Assembly: GCA_965207735.1 (NCBI GenBank)
Contig: OZ242296.1
Location: forward strand, 5,152,001-5,216,000
DNA: 64,000 nucleotides
Source: Candidatus Versatilivorator sp.
GTDB lineage: Bacteria; Acidobacteriota; Terriglobia; Versatilivoradales; Versatilivoraceae
Direction of reading: 5' to 3'
A model generated the notes under the pieces. The model did no database searches, was not told the origin of the DNA, and saw only the letters and a list, made by a program, of their open reading frames with translations. A program made the translations under genes and the position numbers. Below are positions 10,101-19,925 of the stretch, in pieces (position 1 is the stretch's first letter; every line of letters starts with the position of its first letter).

Positions 10101-11723
10101 TCAGCGGACTTCGAACCTGGCCACCCGGCTGACAGATCGATTGGCCAGGTTGTCGGTGACGTTCACCATCAGCTGGTAGCGGCCGGGGTCAAGCGCGCCC
10201 AAAGCCAGATGCTGTTCCAGGGTCATCTGCTGGGCTGCCCCCGCCAGCTCCTCCTGGGTCTTGGTCAGCCGGGTGATTTCCTTGTCGCCCTTTTTCAGGA
10301 CAAATTGAACCGAGGCCGACGGCTTGTGGGTCTTGTCGTCCACGGTCAGGTTGTAGACCTGGAAGTAGATCCCCATGGTCTCTTTGCGGTCGAAGCGGTC
10401 TGCCACGTTGGGGTGGACCTTGTTGGTCCCAATGACGAACATGCCGCCCCCCACCTGTTTCGGGGGGAGGGGTTGGATGGTGTCCGCCAGGATGATGGAG
10501 CTGCTGGCCAGATTGTCGTCGGGGAAGTGGGGGATCACCATTCCATAGTACTGAGTCCCGATGTTGCCGCTGTGAATGTCCTTCAGCACCAACTCCAGCT
10601 TGTACCTTCCGGAGCGCAGATTCAGGGTTTTCTGATAGAGCGAGTCGCGTTCCAGGGCCTGCTTCATGAGGGACACGGGGACGTCCTGGGAGATGACGTC
10701 CTCAAAAACTTCCACCACCCTTCCGGTAATGGTCGAGATCCGCCCGAAGATGTTCACCCGGGCGCGCTGGACGCCGTCCTGGTTCTGGAAGGTCAGGTCC
10801 TGGTGGCGGAGGCGGATGGTGATGGGTGTCAGCACCATGTCCTCGGTGATCTTGAAGAAGTCGGTGGAGAAGTGAAAGGGAAGCAGGTTGTAGGAGAGCT
10901 TGGTGTTGATGACCGTTTCCAGGTCCTTGAAGCGCACCTTGGGGGCCCGGGTCAGGGCCGCATACTGCCTCAGCCGGTCGAATTGCCGGTAGGGACGCAG
11001 GTTTCCCCCCATGCCAAATCCCGTGCCTCCAACAATGTCGCGATCTTCCTTGTAGGCCATGCCCGCCATCTCGGCCGTGGTCAAGCCGATCTGGGGGGTG
11101 TAGTAAATGGCATCCTTGTCCTTGGACCTCAAGGCCAGGCGGTACTCCCCGCTGAAGCTGGGGTCCACGAATTCGATCCGGACCTCCTCTCCCAGGGCCC
11201 TGCCTTCGATATAGCGGTACCGCCACACTTCAAAGGGAAAGGTCACCGTCTGTCCGCCTCCCTCCTCGGGTGGGCGGTCGTAGGTGCCGCCGGCGGAATG
11301 CCTCTCGATCTCGTCCGGAGGGCCGAAGGTGATGTAGACCCGCCCCCGGTCCGTCTCCCACCCCGGCCGCCCCGAGGCGAAGCGTTCGTTGGCGAAGGCG
11401 ATGCGGCGGTAGTGCTCCTGCTTGGCCTCGTTGTCCGCGGTGTCCGGATTGGGGTCCCGCCGGAGCCAGAACTGCTCGATGAACTGATAGCGCTCGTCGT
11501 CGGTGGTCAGACGCTTGAAGGCTTCCTTCTCTTCCCCGCTGATGATGTAGTCGACGTCCTGCTTCATCCACTTCTTCAGGTATCGGTCCGAGGTCTCCGT
11601 GCGCAGCGACTTCTCGCGCTTCCGGTCTTTCTTCCGGTCGGCAAACAACAGCGATCCGGAGAGAACGAAAAGAAAGGCCAAACCGCAGGCCAGAAAGCGG
11701 TTCCATTTGCGTGGGATTCTCAT
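10101..11723 (-). CDS. GWxTD domain-containing protein
   Basis: GWETDRGRVYITFGPPDE, FIEQFWLRRDP, EHYRRIAFANERF; signal peptide after MRIPRKW. Confidence 0.9.
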   Translation of the reverse strand: MRIPRKWNRFLACGLAFLFVLSGSLLFADRKKDRKREKSLRTETSDRYLKKWMKQDVDYIISGEEKEAFKRLTTDDERYQFIEQFWLRRDPNPDTADNEAKQEHYRRIAFANERFASGRPGWETDRGRVYITFGPPDEIERHSAGGTYDRPPEEGGGQTVTFPFEVWRYRYIEGRALGEEVRIEFVDPSFSGEYRLALRSKDKDAIYYTPQIGLTTAEMAGMAYKEDRDIVGGTGFGMGGNLRPYRQFDRLRQYAALTRAPKVRFKDLETVINTKLSYNLLPFHFSTDFFKITEDMVLTPITIRLRHQDLTFQNQDGVQRARVNIFGRISTITGRVVEVFEDVISQDVPVSLMKQALERDSLYQKTLNLRSGRYKLELVLKDIHSGNIGTQYYGMVIPHFPDDNLASSSIILADTIQPLPPKQVGGGMFVIGTNKVHPNVADRFDRKETMGIYFQVYNLTVDDKTHKPSASVQFVLKKGDKEITRLTKTQEELAGAAQQMTLEQHLALGALDPGRYQLMVNVTDNLANRSVSRVARFEVR

Positions 11724-11789
11724 GAGGCACCCTTGCTTGATCTCAGCCATCGGTACACAGACGTTTCTTGTTTGCTTGGGAATCATTCC

Positions 11790-11817
11790 ATTATAGACCA
11801 GGTGCGAGCAGCGTCAA
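11790..11817 (-). promoter_or_regulatory. Sigma70-like promoter of the GWxTD gene
   Basis: TTGACG-N16-TATAAT on the minus strand. Confidence 0.6.
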
Positions 11818-11868
11818 CCCCGGGCGGAGCCCGCGAACGCCAGCGAGCCACCCGGTGAAAATTGCAGG

Positions 11869-13323
11869 CTACGCCACGATCTCCTTGATCAGGCGGCCGC
11901 CCAGGTCGGTCAGGCGCTTGAAGCGCCCGGCGTGATAGTAGGTGAGCCGCATGTCGTTCAGGCCCAGGCTGTGCAGCATGGTGCCGTGGAGATCGTGGAG
12001 GTGATAGACGTTCTCGGCCGCCTTGATGCCCAGCTCGTCGGTGTTGCCCACCACCGTTCCGCCCTTGATGCCGCCGCCGGCCATCCAGGCCACCATGGCC
12101 TCCTTGTTGTGGTCGCGGCCGGGATGGGACCGGAAGAAGTCCATGGAGTTATCGGCGGTGCGTCCGAATTCCCCGGCCCAGACCACCAGGGTCTCATCCA
12201 GCAGTCCCCGCTGCTTCAGGTCCTTGAGCAGCGCCGTGACCGGCTGGTCGGTCTCGTAGCCCCGCTTGCGGTGCTCCTCGGCGATATTTTCGTGGGAGTC
12301 CCAGCCGCCGCAATAGACCTGGACGTAGCGGACACCCCGCTCCACCAGGCGGCGGGCCATCAGGCACCGTCGAGCCATGGGCTCCTTGATCTTGTCGTTG
12401 AGGCCGTACATTTCCTTGATCTTGTCGGGCTCGCTGTCGATGTCCACCGCCTCGGGCACGGCGAACTGCATGCGGAAGGCCAGCTCGTAATTCTTCATGC
12501 GGGCCAGCAGGTTCTCGTTGCCGGGGTCGGACTTCAGGTAGGGTCGGTTCAGCCGATTGAGCAGCGCGATGTCGGCCTGCTGCTGCTCCCGGGTGACTCC
12601 CTGCGGAGGCTGGAGATCGAAGATAGGCGCCCCCACCGAGTTCAACAGGGTGCCGTGGGTGGCGGCCGGCAGATATCCGTTGGAGTAGTTGACCGCCCCG
12701 CCGGAGATTCGTCCCCGCTGGTCGGGCAGGACCACGAAGGCCGGCAGGTTCTGGCTCTCGCTGCCGAGCCCGTAAATGACCCAGGAACCGACCGAGGGAC
12801 TGCCGGGAATGGGGACGCCCGTGTTCATCATGAAGCAGGCCCCGGGATGGGCCTCCGAGTCGGTGTGGAGCGATCGGACCACGGCGATGTCGTCCACGCA
12901 GGTGGCCAGGTGGGGAAAGATCTCCGAAACTTCCATGCCGCACTGCCCGTGCCTTGCGAACTTGAAGGGGCTGCCCACGTAAATCCGCTTTTCCAGGCTG
13001 CCGTAGACGCGGGTGACCGGGGTCCCGTGATACTTGGCCAGCGCCGGTTTGGGGTCGAAGGTGTCCATCTGGCCGGGAGCCCCCTCCATGAAGAGAAAGA
13101 TGCAGGCCTTGGCCTTGGCGGCGAAGTGGGGTTGCTTGGGAGCCAGCGGGTCCGGAGCAGTATCGGCCGCCTGAAGCCAGCCGTCCCGGCAGAGCAGCGA
13201 CGAGAGCGCCAGGCTTCCCACGCCTCTGCCGAATCCGTACAGGAAGTCCCTGCGCCCCATCTCTCCCAGGCGCGGGTCCGGTCGTTCCACCCGTGAACAA
13301 ACCTCGAACTCACTCTTGGCCAT
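11869..13323 (-). CDS. DUF1501 family protein (Tat signal)
   Basis: GRRDFL; KAKACIFLFMEG.P.QMDTFDPKP; ARRLVERGVRYVQ; GWDSH; GEFGRT; GRDH. Confidence 0.92.
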   Translation of the reverse strand: MAKSEFEVCSRVERPDPRLGEMGRRDFLYGFGRGVGSLALSSLLCRDGWLQAADTAPDPLAPKQPHFAAKAKACIFLFMEGAPGQMDTFDPKPALAKYHGTPVTRVYGSLEKRIYVGSPFKFARHGQCGMEVSEIFPHLATCVDDIAVVRSLHTDSEAHPGACFMMNTGVPIPGSPSVGSWVIYGLGSESQNLPAFVVLPDQRGRISGGAVNYSNGYLPAATHGTLLNSVGAPIFDLQPPQGVTREQQQADIALLNRLNRPYLKSDPGNENLLARMKNYELAFRMQFAVPEAVDIDSEPDKIKEMYGLNDKIKEPMARRCLMARRLVERGVRYVQVYCGGWDSHENIAEEHRKRGYETDQPVTALLKDLKQRGLLDETLVVWAGEFGRTADNSMDFFRSHPGRDHNKEAMVAWMAGGGIKGGTVVGNTDELGIKAAENVYHLHDLHGTMLHSLGLNDMRLTYYHAGRFKRLTDLGGRLIKEIVA

Positions 13324-13374
13324 GATTGCTCCTCTTGCTTACCGTCATTACCGGACGCCCTGTTCAGGCAGAAC

Positions 13375-15933
13375 TCATTCCAGGAAGATGAACTCGTTCA
13401 TATTGACGAGAACCAGGCAGAGACGCGCCAGCAGATCGCCGCGGGGCTCTTTCCGCCTGTCCAGTGACTCGCCCAGATCGTTTCCGAAACGGATGGCCCG
13501 CAGCGTCACCTTGGGGGGAGACTCCGGATCGAGCCGATCTTGCCTCAGAAAGGCCAGGCACTCGTTGCGCTCCAGAGCCGAAGGAGGACGTTGAAAGGCC
13601 AGTTGGAAGGCATGCTCCACCTGGCGTTCGGAATCGTCTCCCGCCTCCCGCCGGATGCGGTCCGCCATGAAGCGGGCCTGCTGGTGGGAGAATCTGCTGT
13701 TGAGCAGGGTGAAGACCTGGGGGGTCACGGTGGTGACGTCCCTGACGGGGCAGCTCTCGTTGATATTGGGACCGTCGAACACCGCCACCATGGGGAGCTG
13801 CAAGGAGCGGCACTGCAGCACGTAGAGGCTGCGGCGGCTTCGTTCCGGGCGCGGCGACGGCTCCCACCACACCCCGGCGCGCTGCTGCACCGCGTCGTCG
13901 ATATCGGGGAAGAAGGGCGGACCTCCCACGGAGGGATTGAGTTGTCCGCTGACTGCCAACACGCTGTCCCGCGTGACCTCGGCTTCCAATCGGATGGGGT
14001 TTCGCCGCCACAGGTAGCGGTTGTCGCTGTCCAATCTCCGGTAGGCCTCCAGGTGGGGCGTTCGCAGGGATTGCCGGTAGACACTGGACTGCAGGATGAT
14101 CCGCTGCATCTCCTTGATGCTCCAACCGCTCTGGATGAACTGCCAGGCCAGCCAGTCGAGCAGCTCCCGGTGGACAGTGCCCCCGCCGTTCTTGCCCAGG
14201 TCGCTGGGCGTGGACACCAGGCCGCGGCCGAAATGGTACTGCCAGATCCGGTTCACCATCACCCGGGCCGTCAAGGGGTTGTCGGGGCTGGCGATCCATT
14301 CGGCCAGCAGCTTGCGGGAGCTTCCCCTCGAAGAGCGAATGTCCAGACCCTTGTAGTCCACCGGCCGGGAATGGCCGGTGACGGCGCTCAGGACTCCCGG
14401 TTCCACGGCCTCGCCCAGAAGCTTGTAGTTGCCCCCTTTCAGCACATAGGTGGTGGGGGGACCGGCGGTGTGGGCGCGGAAGCCCTGCGAGGCCACAAAG
14501 GCCATGGCCTTGTAGTAGTCGGGGCTGTTGGGGTTGGCGAAACGCTGGCCTTGTCGTGAAATCAGTCGCAGCCGTTCCACTTCCTCCTTGGCATAAAGGG
14601 ATCTCTTGGGGAAGGGGGTGCGTTTCAGATCGGAGACCACCCAGTCCTTGAGATCCTGGGGAGCCATGAGCTGGTAATGGGGAGCCACCCGGGCCGCCAG
14701 CCCGGCCTTGAACTTGGCGGCCTCCTCCTTGCGCTGTTCCAGCAGGTTCTTCCAGTCCTCGGCCTTCTTCTTCCATAGGCCGGGATCCAGTTCCGGAAGC
14801 TCGTAGGGGGTGAAGGGCACGGGTTCAGGGCCGACCGTCAGCGGAGCAAAGAAGGCTTCCATTCGGTAGTAGTCCCGCGTGGGAATGGGATCGTACTTGT
14901 GGTCGTGGCAGCGGGCACAGCCCAGGGTCATTCCCAGGAACACCGAACCCGTGGTTCCGACCACGTCATTGAGGAAGTCCCGTCGGGTTTGGGGCGAATC
15001 CACTCGCTGCACGAACACCCACTGGTGCAGGAACCCGGTGGCGATCTTGCCCTCCGCCCCATATTTTCTGTAGGCGTCTCCGGCGAGCTGCTGCCGGATG
15101 AAGCGGTCGTAAGGCATGTCCCGGTTGAAGGCTCGGACCACGTAGTCCCGGTAACGCCACATGTGGGGTCGGGGATAGTCGACGGCCTCGCCCACCGTGT
15201 CCGAGTAGCGCACCAGGTCCAGCCAATGCCTTCCCCAACGCTCGCCGTAGGCCGGATTGTCCAGCAGCCCCTCGACAGCGTCGCGGTAGGCGTCCTCCGA
15301 GGGGTCCTGGAGAAAGGCGGCCATGGCCTCGGGAGAGGGCGGCAGACCGGTCAGTCCGAAGTGGATCCGTCTCAACAAGGCGCGCCGGGAGGCCGGTGGG
15401 GCCGGCTCCATACCCTTTTTCTCCAGGGTAGCCAGGATGAAGGCGTCAATCGGATTGCGGACCCACTGATGCTGCTCTACCGTTGGGACCTCGGGCAGGG
15501 CCAACCGGGTCCAGGGCCAGCTCTTGGAGCCGCCCGAGGCGCGGTCCGCCGCCACATCGGCCGGCTTCAACCCGTCGATCCAGGCGGCGATGAGGCTGAT
15601 CTCCCCGTCCGTCAGCCGCGAGCCGTCCATCGGCATTGCGGGCTCGGTGTCGCCCTTGACTCTTGAGACCAAGGGGCTGGCGGCGCTGTTGCCGGCAATC
15701 ACCGCCGGTCCATCCAGCGCGCCGCCTTCCAGCAGAGCATCCAGCGTGTCGACCACCAGGCCGCTCTGGTGCATCTCGGCCCCGTGGCAACTCTGGCAGT
15801 GCTGGTCCAGAATGGGCCGGATGTCCCGCTCGAAGCTGATCTCGTCACTCTGGCCACGAGCGATGGGGACCAGGGATTGGGCTGACAGGACGAGAAGCGC
15901 GGCGAGGCAGAGGTGGCTGAACAAGTGGTTCAT
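13375..15933 (-). CDS. PSD1/planctomycete cytochrome c protein (DUF1549+DUF1553)
   Basis: CQSCH heme motif, NPIDAFI, YGERWGRHWLDLVRY, CARCHDHKYDPI, NPLTARVMVNRIWQ.HFGRG, C-terminal NEFIFLE. Confidence 0.92.
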   Translation of the reverse strand: MNHLFSHLCLAALLVLSAQSLVPIARGQSDEISFERDIRPILDQHCQSCHGAEMHQSGLVVDTLDALLEGGALDGPAVIAGNSAASPLVSRVKGDTEPAMPMDGSRLTDGEISLIAAWIDGLKPADVAADRASGGSKSWPWTRLALPEVPTVEQHQWVRNPIDAFILATLEKKGMEPAPPASRRALLRRIHFGLTGLPPSPEAMAAFLQDPSEDAYRDAVEGLLDNPAYGERWGRHWLDLVRYSDTVGEAVDYPRPHMWRYRDYVVRAFNRDMPYDRFIRQQLAGDAYRKYGAEGKIATGFLHQWVFVQRVDSPQTRRDFLNDVVGTTGSVFLGMTLGCARCHDHKYDPIPTRDYYRMEAFFAPLTVGPEPVPFTPYELPELDPGLWKKKAEDWKNLLEQRKEEAAKFKAGLAARVAPHYQLMAPQDLKDWVVSDLKRTPFPKRSLYAKEEVERLRLISRQGQRFANPNSPDYYKAMAFVASQGFRAHTAGPPTTYVLKGGNYKLLGEAVEPGVLSAVTGHSRPVDYKGLDIRSSRGSSRKLLAEWIASPDNPLTARVMVNRIWQYHFGRGLVSTPSDLGKNGGGTVHRELLDWLAWQFIQSGWSIKEMQRIILQSSVYRQSLRTPHLEAYRRLDSDNRYLWRRNPIRLEAEVTRDSVLAVSGQLNPSVGGPPFFPDIDDAVQQRAGVWWEPSPRPERSRRSLYVLQCRSLQLPMVAVFDGPNINESCPVRDVTTVTPQVFTLLNSRFSHQQARFMADRIRREAGDDSERQVEHAFQLAFQRPPSALERNECLAFLRQDRLDPESPPKVTLRAIRFGNDLGESLDRRKEPRGDLLARLCLVLVNMNEFIFLE

Positions 15934-16198
15934 GGCATCCCCTCGGGGGCCAGCTGCCCGCAAATGACAAATGGTTGGAAGTCTTCCTGAGGTTATTGCT
16001 TACAATGTAGCTATCAAAATATATAACAGGGGTCCTGACGGGTCAATTCCAAACGGGCGCAGGGCGTGGGTTGCCGAAGAATGGCGGTGTCGTTGCCGCA
16101 CGAGCCCATCGTTCCCCTTTTCGGGGACGGAGATTGGGGAAGGAGGGGAAGAACCACCAATGGACACGAAGAGACTGTACGGAGGCAGGGAGGGTTCC

Positions 16199-18373
16199 AT
16201 GGCAATGTGGGGTCGCAGGTCCTTCCTGGCGGCAGCCGCGGCGCTGCCGGCGCTGGCAGCCGCATGCCATCCCGACATCGAGGAGGAAAGCGGTTCCAGG
16301 CCTTGGACCGAGCCGCAACGCTACGGGACAGCCGCCGGCCGAGGTTCCTTCAGAAATATCTGGACCGACTCGGAGATCCACCGCTTTTGGCACCGGGACT
16401 TCCCGAACTTTCATCGCCTCCGGACCGATCTGGACAGCCGCTATTCGCGTTGTCGGCAGTCCATTCCCAGGCTTCCGGCAGGGCCGCTCTACCTGCGCCT
16501 GAAACTGCTCTGCACCGGGGAAGCCGGCCGCACGCTGTTTACCCTGGGGTTGAAGAGCCGTGCCCTGGGGAACTGGGCCTTCAGCCTGGGGGCCTGCCCG
16601 ACCCATGGGATCTCGTTCGGAACCGAGGGGTGGCAGATCCTGGTGAACGCAGCCGACCCGTGGCAAGAGAGAACCGCGGTGCACGGACTGGACCACCGGG
16701 ACTGGCACACCTGGGTAATGGTCGTTCCCGATGCTGCCGGTCCGGCTCGGGTCTATTGCGACGGGCGTTACCTGATGGACTTGACCCGGCCCATCACCGG
16801 TGCCCAGAGGGACAAGGTCGCCCAGGAACAGAATGGGCGCCACGGGTCCATACAGCAGTTGGTCCCCGAAACTCCCGGGCAGGCGGACTATGTCTTCCTG
16901 GAGAGCCGCCATCCCGGCCAGGAGCTGGACATCGATCGGTTCGAGGTGTCGACCCGGGCGCCGGCTACCGGTCGCACCTCGCTCCCGGTGGTGCTGGACC
17001 TCGACTGGGAGCTTCAGGGAACCCGCATGGTGGAAAACACCCTTACCCGCTATGCGGGCAATCCAATTCTGGACAAGGCCGACATCCCCGATCCCTCGGG
17101 TCGGGGCTCCGGAGGGTTTAATGCCGAGGTGATCCGGGACGGCGACGGATTTCACATGTACTTCAACGGTGTGAACCGTATGAGCCGGGCCATCGGCCGT
17201 GTCACTTTCGGTCTTTACCACGCCTTTTCAAGGAACGGCACCGACTGGAAAGTGACGCCGGCCAAGCCGGTGCTGAGTCCGGGAGTTCCCGGCTCCTGGG
17301 ACGCCGGCAGCCTGGGCCAGGCCGGTGTGCTCAAGGACGGCAATCGGTTCAGGATGTGGTACGGAGGATACGTGGACCGGTTGCAGCAGGGCAGAGCCGG
17401 CTATGCCGAGTCTGCCGACGGGGTCTTTTGGACCAAGCCGGAATTGGGTCTGGTGCGGTTCGGTGGTCGACAGACCAATATCTGCTTTTCGCTCCAACCC
17501 GGCCACAATTCCAACGAGTACGAGTTGCCGGTGGAGGTGATCCGGGACGAAGCAGCGCCGCCGGAGCGACGTTACCTGATGTTCCTGCATACTCAGGGGC
17601 CGCACGGTTTCATTGTAGACGTGGCCGTTTCGCCCGATGGCCGCAGGTTCGTGCGTGCGCCCCACAATGCCCGCCACTACGCCTTCGATGCGGTTCCTCG
17701 CAACAGCACCCTCCACGGCGCGGCCGTGGTCCTGAAAGAGAACAGTAACTGGTGGGCCTTCGTGGGACACCACGAGGCCGATGGAGGAGGCTATCGCATG
17801 CGGTTCACCGGGTGGGCAACCGAGCCCGAGGAGACGGAGAATATCGGATTCGGATTGTGGACTTCCCGGCGAATCCAGCTCGAACCGAACGGTCAGGCCT
17901 GGGAGCAGGGGGAACCCCGCGTATCGAGTGTTCTGGAAGTAGGAAACGAGTGGTGGGTCTATTACAGTGCAGGAGGCAGCATCGGGTTGGCCCGGGTGGG
18001 GCGCCACCGTCTCTACGGTCTGGAGCTGGAAACCGATCGGCAGGTGGGGGAGATTACTTCGGTGGTGTTGAAGCCGCCGCGGCGGGGATGGCGCCGCCAG
18101 CGTCTCACCGTGAATGTCAGCGGGCTCTCTGGGGGCGGGCGCCTGGAAGCCGAGCTGCTGGATGGGGTGCGCCGGTCCCCCCTGGAAGGCTTTGGCCTGA
18201 AGCAGTCGGTAGCCATTGAGCGGGACGGTTACGAGGTCCCCTTGCGCTGGGAACCCGTGGGTGCGCAACTTCCCGACATACCTAAGCCGCTGCGGGTGCG
18301 GTTGAGAATGACCCGGGGCCGGGGAAATCCTCAACTCCACGCTCTCCATGTGCGGGCCGGCGACGGCCGCTGA
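16199..18373 (+). CDS. Tat lipoprotein with five-bladed beta-propeller (GH43/GH130-like) domain
   Basis: GRRSFL...LAAAC; YAGNPIL, S.NGTDW, ESADGVFWTKPELG, SPDG repeats. Start could be 16160 instead. Confidence 0.6.
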   Translation: MAMWGRRSFLAAAAALPALAAACHPDIEEESGSRPWTEPQRYGTAAGRGSFRNIWTDSEIHRFWHRDFPNFHRLRTDLDSRYSRCRQSIPRLPAGPLYLRLKLLCTGEAGRTLFTLGLKSRALGNWAFSLGACPTHGISFGTEGWQILVNAADPWQERTAVHGLDHRDWHTWVMVVPDAAGPARVYCDGRYLMDLTRPITGAQRDKVAQEQNGRHGSIQQLVPETPGQADYVFLESRHPGQELDIDRFEVSTRAPATGRTSLPVVLDLDWELQGTRMVENTLTRYAGNPILDKADIPDPSGRGSGGFNAEVIRDGDGFHMYFNGVNRMSRAIGRVTFGLYHAFSRNGTDWKVTPAKPVLSPGVPGSWDAGSLGQAGVLKDGNRFRMWYGGYVDRLQQGRAGYAESADGVFWTKPELGLVRFGGRQTNICFSLQPGHNSNEYELPVEVIRDEAAPPERRYLMFLHTQGPHGFIVDVAVSPDGRRFVRAPHNARHYAFDAVPRNSTLHGAAVVLKENSNWWAFVGHHEADGGGYRMRFTGWATEPEETENIGFGLWTSRRIQLEPNGQAWEQGEPRVSSVLEVGNEWWVYYSAGGSIGLARVGRHRLYGLELETDRQVGEITSVVLKPPRRGWRRQRLTVNVSGLSGGGRLEAELLDGVRRSPLEGFGLKQSVAIERDGYEVPLRWEPVGAQLPDIPKPLRVRLRMTRGRGNPQLHALHVRAGDGR

Positions 18374-18487
18374 TCCAGTTGGCGACCATGCCGCGGGATT
18401 GTGATAGCATCACGGCCCAATGTCCCTGAAATTGTCCTGCGCCTGACCGCCGGCGGTCAGACGTTCCCGATCTGAGAGGAGTCGCCC

Positions 18488-19864
18488 ATGTCACCCTTGT
18501 TTCGGCGTGAATTCCTGGCCTCGGGCGCCTTGGGTTTGGCCGGACTGGCCGTGCCCGGGTGGCTGCGGGCCGCCCTCTCCGGTAATGCCCGCGAGGAACT
18601 GAAGATCACCGAAATCGAAGCGCACGAGGTGTGCCCTCCCTATCACGACTACAATTCGCGCTGGCTTTTCCGCTATCACGGATTGGGAATCAAGCTGCGT
18701 ACCATCTACGTTGCGAAGACGCAAAGCGGCCTGGAAGGCATCGGAGAGAGCTGGGGTCCGCTTCCCGAAAACGATCCCTCATCCCGCTACGTCGGCTCCA
18801 GCGCCTTCGACTGGATCGGCGACACCAGGAACCTGGCCATCAACATGGCCGTCTACGACCTGATGGGCAAGTACCTGGGCCTGCCCTGCTGGAAGCTGAT
18901 CGGGCCGCGGGTCCGTTCCTGGGTTCCGGTGGCGGCCTGGACGGCCTCTCAACCCCCCGAGGGCATGGCCGAAGAGGCGGTCAACGTGGCCGGGCGGGGA
19001 TTTCACTGGCTCAAATACCACGTGGACGTCATTCAAAACGTGGTGGATCAGACCGAAGCCATCCAGAAGGTGGCGCCTCCCGGCTTCAAGGTCCACTACG
19101 ACTTCAATGCGGACTCCAATGTGGAGGCGGTGGAGTCGGTCCTCAAGGAGCTGGAGAAATTCAGCGTGGCCGGCCGCATCGAGGACCCCCTCCGGGCTGT
19201 TGACCACGAAGGCTACCGGATTCTCCGGGAAAGGTGTTCCATTCCCATTCTCATCCACCACGGCCCTGCTGACTATTTCATGCGGCACGGCCTGTGCGAC
19301 GGCTTCATGGCCGGCCACGCTCCGGTGGGACTCGCCGCCAAGCTGGCCGGCATGGCCGAGTCCGCCAATACCCCCTTCATGCTGCAGCAGTGCGGGGGAA
19401 CCATCAACCAGGCCTTCCTGGCGCACGAGGCGGCCGTGTTCAAGATGGCCATTCTGGATCACGTGAGCCTCTGTCATCTCTGGAAGGAAGACGTGACGGT
19501 GGAAACCATGCCCGTGGTGAACGGCAGCGTGCAGGTTCTTGGGAAACCGGGACTGGGCGTGACCCTCGACCGTGACAAGCTGCGCCGGCTCAGTCAGGCG
19601 CCCCGGCCCCGCCAGGACCGCTTCCTGGTGCGGATGCGTTACCGGAACGGCTTCAGGGTCTATTTCCGCTTCGATCCCGACGCCCCCGGGTCGAACCTTC
19701 GCTTTCTGAACCCTCCGGACATCCCGGGCCCGCGGCTGCAGCGGGGAACCTCCGGTTACGCAAACCCGCTGGTAACCGATTTCTGGGATGAGGACGGATC
19801 GCAGGCCTTTGAGCGTCTCTGGGCGGAGACCGAATCGGGGCCGGTCTGGGGGAGTGGAGAGTGA
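18488..19864 (+). CDS. Mandelate racemase/muconate lactonizing (enolase superfamily) enzyme with Tat signal
   Basis: FRREFL; LKITEIE, GIGES, MAVYDLMGK.LGLP..KLIG, D.N, IEDP, KPGLGVTLD. Confidence 0.85.
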   Translation: MSPLFRREFLASGALGLAGLAVPGWLRAALSGNAREELKITEIEAHEVCPPYHDYNSRWLFRYHGLGIKLRTIYVAKTQSGLEGIGESWGPLPENDPSSRYVGSSAFDWIGDTRNLAINMAVYDLMGKYLGLPCWKLIGPRVRSWVPVAAWTASQPPEGMAEEAVNVAGRGFHWLKYHVDVIQNVVDQTEAIQKVAPPGFKVHYDFNADSNVEAVESVLKELEKFSVAGRIEDPLRAVDHEGYRILRERCSIPILIHHGPADYFMRHGLCDGFMAGHAPVGLAAKLAGMAESANTPFMLQQCGGTINQAFLAHEAAVFKMAILDHVSLCHLWKEDVTVETMPVVNGSVQVLGKPGLGVTLDRDKLRRLSQAPRPRQDRFLVRMRYRNGFRVYFRFDPDAPGSNLRFLNPPDIPGPRLQRGTSGYANPLVTDFWDEDGSQAFERLWAETESGPVWGSGE

Positions 19865-19883
19865 AGAGTGGAGAGTGGAGAGT
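19852..19883 (+). repeat. Heptamer tandem repeat (GAGTGRA)x4.5
   Basis: GAGTGGA GAGTGAA GAGTGGA GAGTGGA GAGT, overlapping the stop codon at 19862-19864. Confidence 0.85.
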
Positions 19884-19925
19884 TTCGGGCACAGGCAAGC
19901 CGAAATCCAATCAAAGGAGTGACTG

